Shown here: one piece after another, positions 25,401 through 37,108 of the stretch
How the letters are laid out: each line of letters opens with the position of its first letter
How positions within the stretch are numbered: the first letter of the stretch is position 1
Assembly: GCA_040954595.2 (NCBI GenBank)
Contig: CM082594.2
Coordinates: forward strand, 22,208 to 86,207
Direction of reading: 5' to 3'
Length of the DNA: 64,000 nt
Source: Balanoglossus misakiensis
Taxonomy: Eukaryota > Animalia > Hemichordata
Program-made: the position numbers and the translations under genes
Notes under the pieces: model-generated
Seen by the model: only the letters and a program-made list of their open reading frames with translations
The model's database searches: none
What the model was told of the DNA's origin: nothing

Positions 25401-28400
25401 CCCTTGAACCCAAATCATTGGCTCGTGAACTCTAACCCTTGACCGTTGAACTGAAATCCTTGACCCTTGACCCCTTGAACTCTAACCCTTGATCCGTGTG
25501 CTCATACCCTTGACCCTTGACCCTCGATCTCCAACTCTTGAACTCTAACCCTTGACCTTTGACCATTGAACTCTAACCCTTGATCCTTGACCCCTTGAAA
25601 CTTGGACTCTAACCATTGAACCTCTGACCCATGAACTCCAACCCTTGACCCTTGAAACTAAACTTTTGACCCTTAAACCCTAAACTTGACAACTGGCCCT
25701 TAAAGCTTGACCTTTAAACCCTTGACCCTAGAACCCTAGACCATTAAACTCTAACCCTTGAACGCCAACTGTTGACCCATCAACTATAATCCTTGACCTT
25801 GACCCCTTGAACTCTAACCCTTGACCTTTGACCCTTGAACTCAAACCTTGGCTCGTGAACTCTAACCCTTGACCGTTGAACTCAAATCCTTGACCCTTGA
25901 CCCCTCGACCATTGAACTCTAACCCTTGATCCTTGTGCTCATACCCTTGACCCCCTTGACCCTCGATCTCCAACTCTTGAACTCATACCCTTGACCTTTG
26001 ACCCTTGAACTCAAATCATTGGCTCGTGAACTCTAACCCTTGACCGTTGAACTCAAATCCTTGACCCTTGACCCTTTGACCATTGAACTCTAACCCTTGA
26101 TCCTTGTGCTCATACCCTTGACCCTTGACCCCCTTGACCCTTGATCTCCAACTCTTGAACTCATACCCCTGACCTTTGTTGCTTGAACTCTAACCCTTGG
26201 CTCATGAACTGTAACCCTTGACCTTTGACCATTGAAATCTAACCCTTGAACCCAAAACCCTAACCCTTGACCATTAAACTCTAACCCTTGAACGCCAACT
26301 GTTGACCCATCAACTACAATCATTGACCTTTGACCCTTGACCCTCGATCTCCAACTCTTAAACTCTAACCCTTGACCTCTAATCCTTGATCCTATACCGC
26401 TTGAACCTTGGACTCTAACCATTAAACCTCTAACCCATGAACTCCAACCCTCGACCCTTGAACTCTAACCCTTGACCTTTGAACTCTAACATTTGACCCT
26501 TGAACTCTTACCCTTGATTATTGATCTCTAACCCTTGAACCCTAGACCATTAAACTCTAACCCTTGAACGCCAACTGTTGACCCATCAAGTGTAATCCTT
26601 GACCTTTGACCCTTGACCCCTTGATCTCCAACTCTTGAACTCTAACCCTTGACCTTTGACCCTTGAACTCAAATCCTTGGCTGGTGAACTCTAACCCTTG
26701 ACCGTTGAACTCAAATCCTTGACCCTTGACCCCTTGACCATTGAACTCTAACCCTTGATCCTTGTGCTCATAGCCTTGACCCTTGACCCCCTTGACCCTC
26801 GATCTAAAACTCTTGATCTCTAACCCTTGACCCTTGACCCCTTGACCATTGAACTCTAACCCTTGATCCTTGACCCCTTGAACCTTGGACTCTAACCATT
26901 GAACCTTTGACCCATGAACTCTAACCCTTGACCCTTGAGCTCTTACCCTTGACCCCTTGACCCTCGATCTCCAACTCTTGAACTCAAACTCTTGACCCCT
27001 TGAACCTTGGATTCTGGCCATTGAACCTTTGACCCATGAACTCCAACCCTTGACCCTTGAGCTCTTACCCTTGAACCTTTGACACTCAATCTCCAACTCT
27101 TTAACTCTAACCTTGACCTTTGACCCTTGAACTCTTACCCTTGACTATTGATCTCTAACCCTTGATCTTTGACCCTTTAACTCTAACCCTTGAACTCTCT
27201 CTTCTCCTCCCCCTCACTCTCCATCCCATTCTCTCTCTCTATCACTCTCTAATAATAAATGTTAAACCCTAAACTTGTCAACTGAGCCTTAATGCTTGAC
27301 CCTTAAACCCTTGAACCCTTGACCATTAAACTCGAACCCTTGAACGCCAACTGTTGACCCATCAACTATAATCCTTGATCTTTGACCCTTGACCTTTGAC
27401 CCTTGAACTCTAATCCTTCACTCTTGAACTCTAACATTTGACCCTTGAGTCATGATCTCTCACCCTTGACCTTTGACCCTTGAACCCAAAACTCTTGACC
27501 CTTGAACCTTACCACTGACCCTGCTTCACCCTTAAACCCTTGACCATTAAACTCTAACCCTTGAACGCCAACTGTTGACCCATCAACTATAATCCTTGAC
27601 CTTTGACCCTTGACCCCTTGACCCTCGATCTCCAACACTTAAATTCAAACCCTTGACGTTTGACCCCTTGACCACTTGAACCTTGGACTCTAACCATTGA
27701 ACCTTTGACCCATGAACTCCAACCCTTGACCCATGAGCTCTTACCCTTGACCCTAAACTCTTACCCTTGACCCTTGAACTCTTACCCTTGACATTTGATC
27801 TCTAACCCTTGACCTTTGACCCTTGAAAAAAAACTCTTGACCCTTAAACCCTAAACTTGACAACTGACCCTTAATGCTTGACCCTTTAACCGTTGACCCT
27901 TAAACTCTAACCCTTGAACGTCAACTGTTGACCCATCAACTATAATTCTTGACCTTTGACCCTTGATCTCCAACTCGTGAACTCTAACCCTTGAACTCAA
28001 ATCCTTGGCTCGTGAACTCTAACCCTTGACTTTTGACCCTTGAACTCAAATTCTTGACCCAGGACCCCTTGACCATTGAACTCTAACCCTTGACCTTTGA
28101 CCTCTAATCCTTGACCCCTTGAACCTTGGACTCAAACCATTGAACCTCTGACCCATGAACTCCAACCCTTGACCCTTGAGCTCTTACCCTTGACCCCTTG
28201 ACCCTCGATCTCCAACTCTTCAACTCTAACCCTTGACCCTTGAACTCTAACATTTGACCCTTGAACTCTTACCCTTGACTCTTGATCTCTAACCCTTGAC
28301 CTTTGACCATTGAACTCTAACCCTTGAACACTAACATTTGACCCTTGAACTCTTACCCTTGACATTTGATCTCTAACCCTCGACCTTTGACCCTTGAAAT

Positions 28401-29945
28401 CTAACCCTTGACCCTTGAAACTAAACTCTTGACCCTTAAACCCTAAACTTGACAACTGACCCTTAATGCTTGACCTTTAAACCCTTGACCCTAGAACCCT
28501 TGACCATTAAACTCTAACCCATGAACGCCAACTGTTGACCCATCAACTATAATCCTTGACCTTTGCCCCTTGACCCCTTGAACTCTAACCCTTGACCTTT
28601 GACCCTTGAACTCAAATCCTTGACCCTTGACCCCTCGACCATTGAACTCTAACCCTTGATCCTTGTGCTCATACCCTTGACCCTTGACCCTCGATCTCCA
28701 ACTCTTGAACTCGTACCCTTGACCTTTGACCCTTGAACCCAAATCATTGGCTCGTGAACTCTAACCCTTGACTGTTGAACTCAAATCCTTGACCCCTTGA
28801 CCATTGAACTCTAACCCTTGATCCTTGTGCTCATACCCTTGACCCTCGATCTCCAACTCTTGAACTCTAACCCTTGACCATTGTACTCTAACCCTTGATC
28901 CTTGACCCCTTGAACCTTGGACTCTAACCATTGAACCTCTGCCCCATGAACTCCAACCCTTGACCCTTGAAACTAAACTCTTGACCCTTAAACCCTAAAC
29001 TTGACAACTGACCCTTAATGCTTGACCTTTAAACCCCTGACCCTAGAACCCTTGACCATTAAACTCTAACCCTTGAACGCCAACTGTTGACCCATCAACT
29101 ATAATCCTTGACCTTGACCCCTTGAACTCTAACCCTTGATCCTTGTGCTCATACCCTTGACCCTTGATCTCCAACTCTTGAATTCATACCCTTGACCTTT
29201 GACCCTTGAACTCAAATCATTGGCTCGTGAACTCTAACCCTTGACCGTTGAACTCAAATCCTTGACCCTTGACCCCTTGACCATTGAACTCTTACCCTTG
29301 ATCCTTGTGCTCATACCCTTGACCCCCTTGACCCTCGATCTCCAACTCTTGAACTCTAACCCTTGACCTTTGACCATTGAACTCAAATCCTTGGCTGGTG
29401 AACTCTAACCCTTGACCGTTGAACTCAAATCCTTGACCCTTGACCCCTTGACCATTGAACTCTTACCCTTGATCCTTGTGCTCATACCCTTGACCCCCTT
29501 GACCCTCGATCTCCAACTCTTGAACTCTAACCCTTGACCTTTGACCATTGAACTCTAACCCTTGATCTTTGACCCCTTGAACCTTGGACTCTAACCATTG
29601 AATGTTTGACCCATGAACTCTAACCCTTGACCCTTGAGCTCTTACCCTTGACCCTCGATCTCCAACTCTTGAACTCTAACCCTTGACCCCTTGAACCTTG
29701 GACTCTAACCATTGAACCTTTGACCCATGAACTCCAACCCTTGACCCTTTGACCCTCGATCTCCAACTCTTCAACTTAACCCTTGAACTTTGACCCTTGA
29801 ACGCTAACCCTTGACCGTTGAACTCTTACCCTTGACTCTTGATCTCCAACCCTTGACCTTAGACCCTTGAACTCTAACCCTTGACCCTTGATCTCCAACC
29901 CTTGACCTTAGACCCTTGAACTCTAACCCTTGACCCTTGAACTCT
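22484..29945 (-). repeat. Satellite A inverted: (TTGACCC/TTGACCT/CTAACCC) array, about 7.5 kb
   Basis: Reverse complement of the 3174-7444 motifs (TTGACCC, TTGAACTCTAACCC, TTGATCTCCAACTC). An about 3.15 kb higher-order duplication is marked by CT-rich blocks at 24048 and 27195. Confidence 0.95.
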
Positions 29946-30051
29946 CTCTTCTCCTCCCCCTCTCTCCATCCCATTCTCTCTCTGCATCACTCTCTAATAA
30001 TAAATGTTAAAATGTTACAGAAAACCATAGAAATTGGGGTTATAGGCTTAC

Positions 30052-30182
30052 GGTCAGTGCATGTGTCACCAGTAGAGCAGTTGAAACAATAACATGTAAA
30101 CTGTGTACAGGAACCCGGTACTTGCGAGCAAATTCCACTGTTTAGGCAAGGAGAGGGTACACACTGGTTGTCTGGTTGATTC
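30052..30182 (-). pseudogene. EGF-like exon with 8-bp duplication near its acceptor
   Basis: NQCVPSPCLNSGICSQVPGSCTQFTCYCFNCSTGDTCTD, donor GTAAG. The outer acceptor gives 131 bp (frameshift); an inner CAG gives 120 bp in frame. Confidence 0.8.
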
Positions 30183-30695
30183 CTGTATAGACAAAATGAA
30201 AGAATATTGAGCAGGAAAACATCACTATAGGCTCAAAGCACTGAAACACACAGACACACAAATTCACTGATAAAGGCCCATCAACATAAATGGGATGTGA
30301 ACATCCACACCATTGCCGGTTTCCTGTATGGGTTGTTGAGAAAGTTGAGAACTTCTGAACATTATTTTGAAAAAGCAGGAGTTAAAATCTACAGAAAATC
30401 ACTAGAACAGTGCAGTCAAGGTATCGTCAAAATTACAGAATCTACAAACTACACTCAGCAGTCGTGTACATGTATACCTGACAACAACCAAAGGGCTGTT
30501 TTGAAAAACCAAATGCTGTGAAATCCTTTAGAGTGCGACAAGAAACCACAGTTGCAACCGAAAACGAAAATAGTGATAACATTAAGCTAGCCCAAAGTTT
30601 GAGTTACCAGGGCTTTAATATGTGTACCATATTTATATTATATAATACATAACAAGTGTTTTGCATTGAATAAAATAATATTGGTTTATACTTAT

Positions 30696-30817
30696 GCATT
30701 GTACATGTGGCACCAGTGAAGCATTCGGCACACATACAGTCAAACTGGAAACAGCCGTCTCACGCAACGCATGTGCCACCACATTTTGACAAGGCATAGA
30801 GTATAACTGATCAATGG
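30696..30817 (-). pseudogene. Dead EGF-like exon
   Basis: Paralog of 63426-63545 but with a 2-bp insertion, an in-frame TGA and the donor GT mutated to AT. Confidence 0.85.
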
Positions 30818-31211
30818 CTGCCAAAACAAAAATGAAAGTATCAATGACCTGCTTGTCAAAAAATTGTACATGTACTTGTGATGTTCATTTTGTTTAAATT
30901 ATATAAGTGAGCAATGTCTTCATTCCTTATTTCAAACCTGTACATTTAAAATAACATAATGATGCTAGGATTTTTCTGTAAGAATCTTGAAAAATTAAAA
31001 AATATGCCATCAACATGATACAGAAGGCTTTCCTTTTTAACGTGCACCTCACACTCAATTTTGACCCTACATCAGCAAATTTTGAAAGGATGAAACTTTG
31101 TAATGCTTCCACCCCATTTATTGGTGTACGGGTCCATCTATCACATTGAGAATACCAAAAATGAGGGTTTATATACCACGCTGTGTCATAAAACAGTTGA
31201 ATTCGACACAC

Positions 31212-31930
31212 CTACGGCACAGATGGCCCCCGTCCAACACTACTGGCAGTAACAGGTGTAGTCAGTATAAGAATTTGGTGTTTGGGAACAATAGCCTCCA
31301 TTTTGACACAGATTCTGATCACATGGGTTAAAGCCCCAGTATTTCTCGTGTTTATCCATTTTTCATCATCGAAAAATGCCCGTTTTTCCTGTACATTCAT
31401 CATGGAATACTACATAATGAAGATAGAAGAAAGGTTTGGGCAACTATAGCTACGTGAAAGCTGTAAATATTGCCCGTAACACTTGAAATGATGCGCGGGT
31501 TTGTTTACAACGGAAATGTTGTACATGTCGATCAGCAAACGTGCCACTTTGACATTTGATGGTCAGACCATTTTCGGATTTGATCTGGTTCCAACGACTG
31601 ATTTCTCCCATAAAGTTATCTTCCCAAAATTTCGCCGAATTAGTGCGCATTTCTTCGCTGAGTCGCTTGATTTGGGGCGACCAAACCTCTTCCGCATAGA
31701 TTCACATTTGAGTGCGCATGCGCACTAGTCACGTGTGTCAACAGAGCCTGACTTTCTGTCCGGACAGAAAGTCATTCTTCACCCGTTATATTGTAAATTG
31801 TATGAGTTTATGAGCAGAGCTGGGGATGATGACTGTTCGATTTAGTATCAATTATCATCTACTTTTATAAATTATAGATGCCGTTTCAAACAAAATTTTG
31901 CCCCTACGAGAAATACTGAGGCTTTAATGA
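31212..31930 (-). pseudogene. EGF-like exon split by a TTAA MITE, with stop codon
   Basis: INPCDQNLCQNGGYCSQTPNSYTDYTCYCQ*CWTGAICAV. Removing the MITE and one TTAA restores a 123-bp exon with the acceptor at 31931-31933. Confidence 0.8.
31332..31923. mobile_element. Non-autonomous TIR element with TTAA TSD (Kolobok-like MITE)
   Basis: TTAA|AGCCCCAGTATTTCTCGT ... ACGAGAAATACTGAGGCT|TTAA. TTAA TSD with purine-purine ends fits Kolobok; family assignment is inference. Confidence 0.85.
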
Positions 31931-32061
31931 CTATCAGAAAAAAATGGTTTAAAAAACATGAAATGCAGATGGCTATACCTCAACTAAAGATGATTCCTGC
32001 ACCACAACAAAATCCTTTGACACAAGCATTATACTGGAACCATACCCAGAACACGCATTAA

Positions 32062-33047
32062 GGTAGTTGGAAAGGCTATTTTTGAAGCAAATTCTCTCAA
32101 TGTTTGTGAATTTATTTTCACAAGTTAGAATAAAGATAATGACTTGAAATTTGCAGCATGTGTTCTTAACAAACTAAAAAGTGAGGGAAAAATATGACTG
32201 TAAAAATATCTGCTAAAATTATGAAATTTGATACGCCTAAATATAAATATTCATAATTTTACAAAATATTGATTGAATCTTGACATGTTTTCACAAATTA
32301 TTGAATAATTTGTATTCATTTTAATATGAAGCAACCCCTCCAGCAATGTATGGGACACTTTTAGCAAAAACTTATTTTTTTCAAAGTTATCACTCAGGAA
32401 AACACAGTTTTTGTTGATATTTTGTATACAATTTTAACGTGCTGCCAAAACACAACGGGAAAACTTATGAAAAAACTGTCCCGTAAAATTGTTCTTTGGG
32501 ATGTCCCGAGCCTTTCCTGAAAGTTTCATGATAAAAAAAATATCTGGCATACCTATTCAATCACAAATAAAAACCATTACATTATGGCGAAGGGCAGAAA
32601 AGTAGCGAAATACGCAAAGTTTAGCGGCAGTTCACAGCGAAGGATCGCATTTATCTGGGTCAAACGCTTTTCCGCTGGCTTTTCGGGTTCCCTAGAAATG
32701 TAAAAATGTCCATAATTTGGCAGCCTTTAATAAACAAGCAAGGTTATCTATCGTTGAAAATTGCAAGAATCAGTGTTTGCAAGTTACATTTAAATGCCCT
32801 TGGCTAGGGGAACCCGTTCTTGTGCGCATAGCCTAGGAGAAGTCTTCCCCTAGAGGGCGCTCAAATAAGGCTCCCTAGCTTCCTTGCCAGATGAATGAAA
32901 TTAGGTATCATAAAACCAGCCATATCTTGTTACACGTTTATTGCCCCGAATTTTTTATGAGTTTAATTTTTCTCTAATACATTTCTAGATATAAATTCAG
33001 TGTTTTTAAATGAAATTTTAACTGACGCCCTAGCCTTTCCAACTACC
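32062..33047. mobile_element. Non-autonomous TIR element with TTAA TSD (Kolobok-like), 986 bp
   Basis: TTAA|GGTAGTTGGAAAGGCTA ... TAGCCTTTCCAACTACC|TTAA, perfect 17-bp TIR. Confidence 0.9.
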
Positions 33048-33484
33048 TTAAGTATATGATGAAGGGACAATGTCTCTATTTTTGGGTAATACAGTAAAAC
33101 CTCTCTTTATGGACACCTCTCTAATCAGAACACCTAATAAGATTGATTTTTCAAGCCAAATAGTATGGATAATTAAGGACGTCCCTTTTACTTAATAAAC
33201 AGATGTGTGCACCACCTTAGGAGAAATTACCTCACATGCACAATTATCTCTACAGACACTAGTCTTCAAGAGGCAACTCATGTATATTTGAGTGATGAAA
33301 ACATCCAGCTTCGTACACTTCCTCACAAGTTCGTGCCTATCCTAAATTGCACGGACATACAAATGAAATTTCTGTTTTCTTTTCTCTTGTGGGAATTTTA
33401 GAAATGAGAAGTTACCACACAATTCAATTGCCATGAAGAGAAAGTGCCCAAAAGATTGTCATTTACGGTACGTCAGAAACTTAC

Positions 33485-33607
33485 ATATTTCACAACGGTT
33501 ACCCTCATAGCAACCAGTACAGGCACAGGTATATGCCGTGCAGGAGTTGGCCACTGCATTACATACAGCCCCGTTGAGACAGCTGTTTCGCTGGCATGGA
33601 TCTTGGA
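33485..33607 (-). CDS. Intact 8-Cys EGF-like exon (123 bp, phase 1-1)
   Basis: TTGCAG|..QDPCQRNSCLNGAVCNAVANSCTAYTCACTGCYEGNRCEI..|GTAAGT. Confidence 0.8.
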
Positions 33608-33936
33608 CTGCAATAAAAAGTGCAACCTAATGTTATCTCAGCAATATTTACTTTCAAAATCTGTTTGATAAAAACATCATCATTACCATTACTGTAAATA
33701 CTGCACGGAACTTCACTTCCAAAAACAACTTGCTCATTCTGGGACGCACTTGTGGGGCTATGAAAATAAACATGTTTTCTTTCAGTTGTACATCATTTTT
33801 GAGGTGAACGATTCCCAAGGCCCAAGGTGTTATGCTGAAGATGAAAATATAAAGTATGACCAACAGACAATGTATTGAGACATGATTGTAAATGTTAGTT
33901 CCTGCATGACAAAACGTTTGTTTTAATGAGTTTTAC

Positions 33937-34053
33937 ACTGGCTGCAGTGTGTGCCGGTGAAACATCCTGGACAAGTACACTCATAAGTTGTACACGACAG
34001 CCGAGTACACTGCCCATTGTTCAGGCATGGACTTGGCCTACATGGAGTTTGTT
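33937..34053 (-). CDS. Intact 8-Cys EGF-like exon (117 bp, phase 1-1)
   Basis: AACAG|..QTPCRPSPCLNNGQCTRLSCTTYECTCPGCFTGTHCSQ..|GTAAAA. Confidence 0.78.
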
Positions 34054-34369
34054 CTGTTTCAATGGAATGAAAAAAAATAAATAGTAGTGACATAAGTTTT
34101 TAGGGTATGACCATTTCCTTAATTCCTACAGCTGTGGTTCTATCGGGTTCTCCTATAACTAAGCCTCCTTAATGTATAACTGAACAATAAGAATTACTTA
34201 TTATACTTTTGGGAGTTTAGGACTGTGGTAATTGCAAAAAAGACTCAATTCCTGAAAGTGCCTATTTGGTTTGTCACATCCTAAATATACAGGTAATTTC
34301 ATAGCTGCCAGCTATGACAAATATACCGGTATGAGGGGGGAAAAACAGTTCCTCGTCTGATAAATTTAC

Positions 34370-34492
34370 CTTGGTCACAGGTGATTCCAATGAAACAGCC
34401 TTGACAGCGACAGGTAAACGCACTGCACGATCCACTGATTGGCTCACAGATACCGTTGTTCATGCACGGATTGGGAGAACATTGATCGAGTC
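34370..34492 (-). CDS. Intact 8-Cys EGF-like exon (123 bp)
   Basis: CCCAG|..LDQCSPNPCMNNGICEPISGSCSAFTCRCQGCFIGITCDQ..|GTAAAT. Confidence 0.8.
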
Positions 34493-34970
34493 CTGGGGGT
34501 TGCATGTAAATCAACCAACAATTGCATATTAACATCACAAGTCATTTCACTATTTTTTCATTCCAAACTTAAAAGATTGCTTGTAACTTGCTGAACAAAT
34601 ATTCATATGGACAGACTATTCTAGCTTGGAACAGGCAAAATCAAGGGTGCCCTGACGCCCAACTTTTAAGAGCAGTTCATTTACTGAAACTGCCAGCACC
34701 CAATATTATCCCACATGTAATCAATATGTGGAAATCAAATACATCTGTAACAGTTTTAATTTACCATGTGGGTATTTGCATGGAGGGCCATGGTATTTGT
34801 TACCTACTGATAAAATACCCTTCAAAACAATATCCTCATTTCTTCAGAAGTTTGGCAACAAGACCAATAAAGTTTCACATCAAAATTTACAATGTATAAA
34901 TAAGCTTAAAAGATCTACGGAATGAAGATTGCTTGTTTGTTTGCAGGGTGTCTTGAAAGTATATACTCAC

Positions 34971-35979
34971 TTGTTTGACCATGGACCCTAGAGAAAGAAG
35001 GACGCGCAATTCCAGTTTTTTCTTGAAATGATGTTCTTTTGCATACATTATTTCCAGATAAATCCCAATAATCCAATTTGCAAATAAACTGTGTATAAAC
35101 TAACGCAAAGTCTCGTGTTTTGCGTGAAGTTATCACAACACCTCAGAACATCTCGCAGAAGACGAGAAAACTGCAACGTGGTTGAACGCAGCGATTATTT
35201 ATGGAACACATCTGGACAAGTTAAACAGGAATTTGAATCTGAGTCTGACAGCGTCCAAAACAAGCATCTTTTGTCTAACAGTCCGGGTATTTCACAAGGC
35301 TGTGAGCTAACCGTACCGAGGGTTGCCTGGCGGCCATAGCGCACACATGATAATCCACCCAGTTTGTTTACAAATTGTTTTCGTGAAATCTGTTTTATTG
35401 TTCACGCACTGCGAAATAAAATGCCCCTAAACCACAATTTTTATTTCAATGCTTCACGCAAACATAAAATTATTACGAAAAGTGTCAGCGTTACTAAGAA
35501 ATATGAGTGCCCAGTCGGACATGCAAAAAACATGGATGATTTGTTTACAATTTTTAAATGAAGCTTGTGGCACTAGAAATGACCGTTCAACCGACAGACG
35601 AACACCAAACCATAATAATTATCACAGACATCGTAATACTTTTAGAATTTTAGAAAAAAACGCAGTGGCTGCTGAAATGCAGGAGTGCCAGTTTGGTGGC
35701 AAGTTTTCGCATCACTGGTGGGGTCGACACGTGCCGAAGTAAGGAAGTCATTGTCCAACTGTCCTGGGTGTTAATTATATGCAAAAAAACATCATCATAC
35801 AGATAATCCCCAAACCCTTTGATCTTTGCCGCAGTTGCTCGTCCTTCTTTCTCTAGGGTCTATGGTTTGACAGATGTCACCTGTGTAAGAGTTCACATAC
35901 TGGCATGAATAGAAATTGCACGATGTTTGCTGGCAAAATCCACCATTCATACATGGGTTGGGATCACAGGGGTTTTGCA
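34971..35979 (-). pseudogene. EGF-like exon separated from its splice donor by the MITE
   Basis: QNPCDPNPCMNGGFCQQTSCNFYSCQYVNSYTGDICQT. Excising the MITE and one TSD gives 117 bp ending at GTGAGT (34965-34970). Confidence 0.82.
34980..35864. mobile_element. MITE with about 30-bp TIRs and 7-bp TSD (P-superfamily-like ends), 885 bp
   Basis: GTTTGAC|CATGGACCCTAGAGAAAGAAGGACG ... CGTCCTTCTTTCTCTAGGGTCTATG|GTTTGAC. Confidence 0.9.
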
Positions 35980-36533
35980 CTGGAAATTAAGAAAGGACGC
36001 CATTTTATTCCTTGCTACTCATTCTACAGTACAGATATGGCAAAAACCTTGCAGAATTATGGCAAGGGTGTGCGGAGTGATTGTGCCTACAACTTATATT
36101 AGGCTGGTATCAAGTTGTTCACACCTCCATAGATCATGTGGCAGTGACTGTGAGGCAAGGGCTTCCCTTCATGAAATCAAAGACCTGTGTACTGGAGGAG
36201 GGTTCCTTGCAAATGCTTGACTTGACTTCAAGCACACCTGTAGACTCATATGTAAATTTACACTATCTGGCCTGGAGTGAGAATTTCCATAGTGGATGTG
36301 TGTTGACAAAAGGCAGTAAAATTGGCCAGTCGCGCATAATGTTTCTTGAACCAAGACAATCAAGACATTATGCGCCACGAAAGTGATTTTGATTGGAAAG
36401 AGTGTAATCTTGCATTCGATGTCAAGAACTCTCCAAGCTCTGCTGTGGAGATGGCTACACCTATGCTCAGGAAACATGCAGTATTTGAATGCATCAGAGA
36501 CAAAAGGTAAAAGAGACTGCGCTGTATACTTAC

Positions 36534-36656
36534 ATATCTCACACCTATCACCTTTGTAGCAACCAGTACATATGCAGGTGAGATCAAAGCAGGAATTTCG
36601 AGCCGGTTGACAGAAGCCACCATTCTGGCACGGATTTGGTTGACACTGGTTGAGTC
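36534..36656 (-). CDS. Intact 8-Cys EGF-like exon (123 bp)
   Basis: TTGCAG|..LNQCQPNPCQNGGFCQPARNSCFDLTCICTGCYKGDRCEI..|GTAAGT. Confidence 0.8.
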
Positions 36657-36955
36657 CTGCAAGGAAAAGGGTCAAATTTTCCATGATCATCAATGTCACG
36701 TGATTATGAATGTATGTAAGTGGCTGAGTTTCCTTCAAAAATTGTGATGTGACAAACCGACAAATTAGCATATTAGCATAATCAGAATAAATAAAAAAAA
36801 TGCACAGGTAGTTTAAAAGAACAAAAACTTTCGAAACGGAATAGAGCTAAGCTGCTATCCCTTTCTATTTTTGTGTTTGTACAACATCAGTGAAGTTTAA
36901 ATCATAATAAAAAAATGATAATTATCATTATTAACTGCTACAGATTCAAACTTAC

Positions 36956-37069
36956 TTGTCTCACAACTGGTTCCCTAGTAACACTCTGTGCACATGCAAA
37001 TTGTGGCAGTACAAGAATTTACCTGTTGTTGGCAGGTACCTCCATTGAGACAAGGACTTCATAAGTTGT
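36956..37069 (-). pseudogene. Dead EGF-like exon (two stops)
   Basis: NL*SPCLNGGTCQQQVNSCTATICMCTECY*GTSCET between TTTCAG and GTAAGT. Confidence 0.82.
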
Positions 37070-37108
37070 CTGAAAACACCAGTTTGCCCAATTTTCACTA
37101 ATGTATAG

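Noticed and set aside
3310-28742. Many 60-180 aa ORFs (KGQG/SRVR-rich, HPT-rich, KNF-rich)
   Set aside because: By-products of satellites A, B and C; they recur with the repeat period and show no domain signal.
29942-29975. CT-rich block as a sequencing adapter
   Set aside because: Only superficially similar, and it occurs three times with diverged sequence in consistent genomic context.
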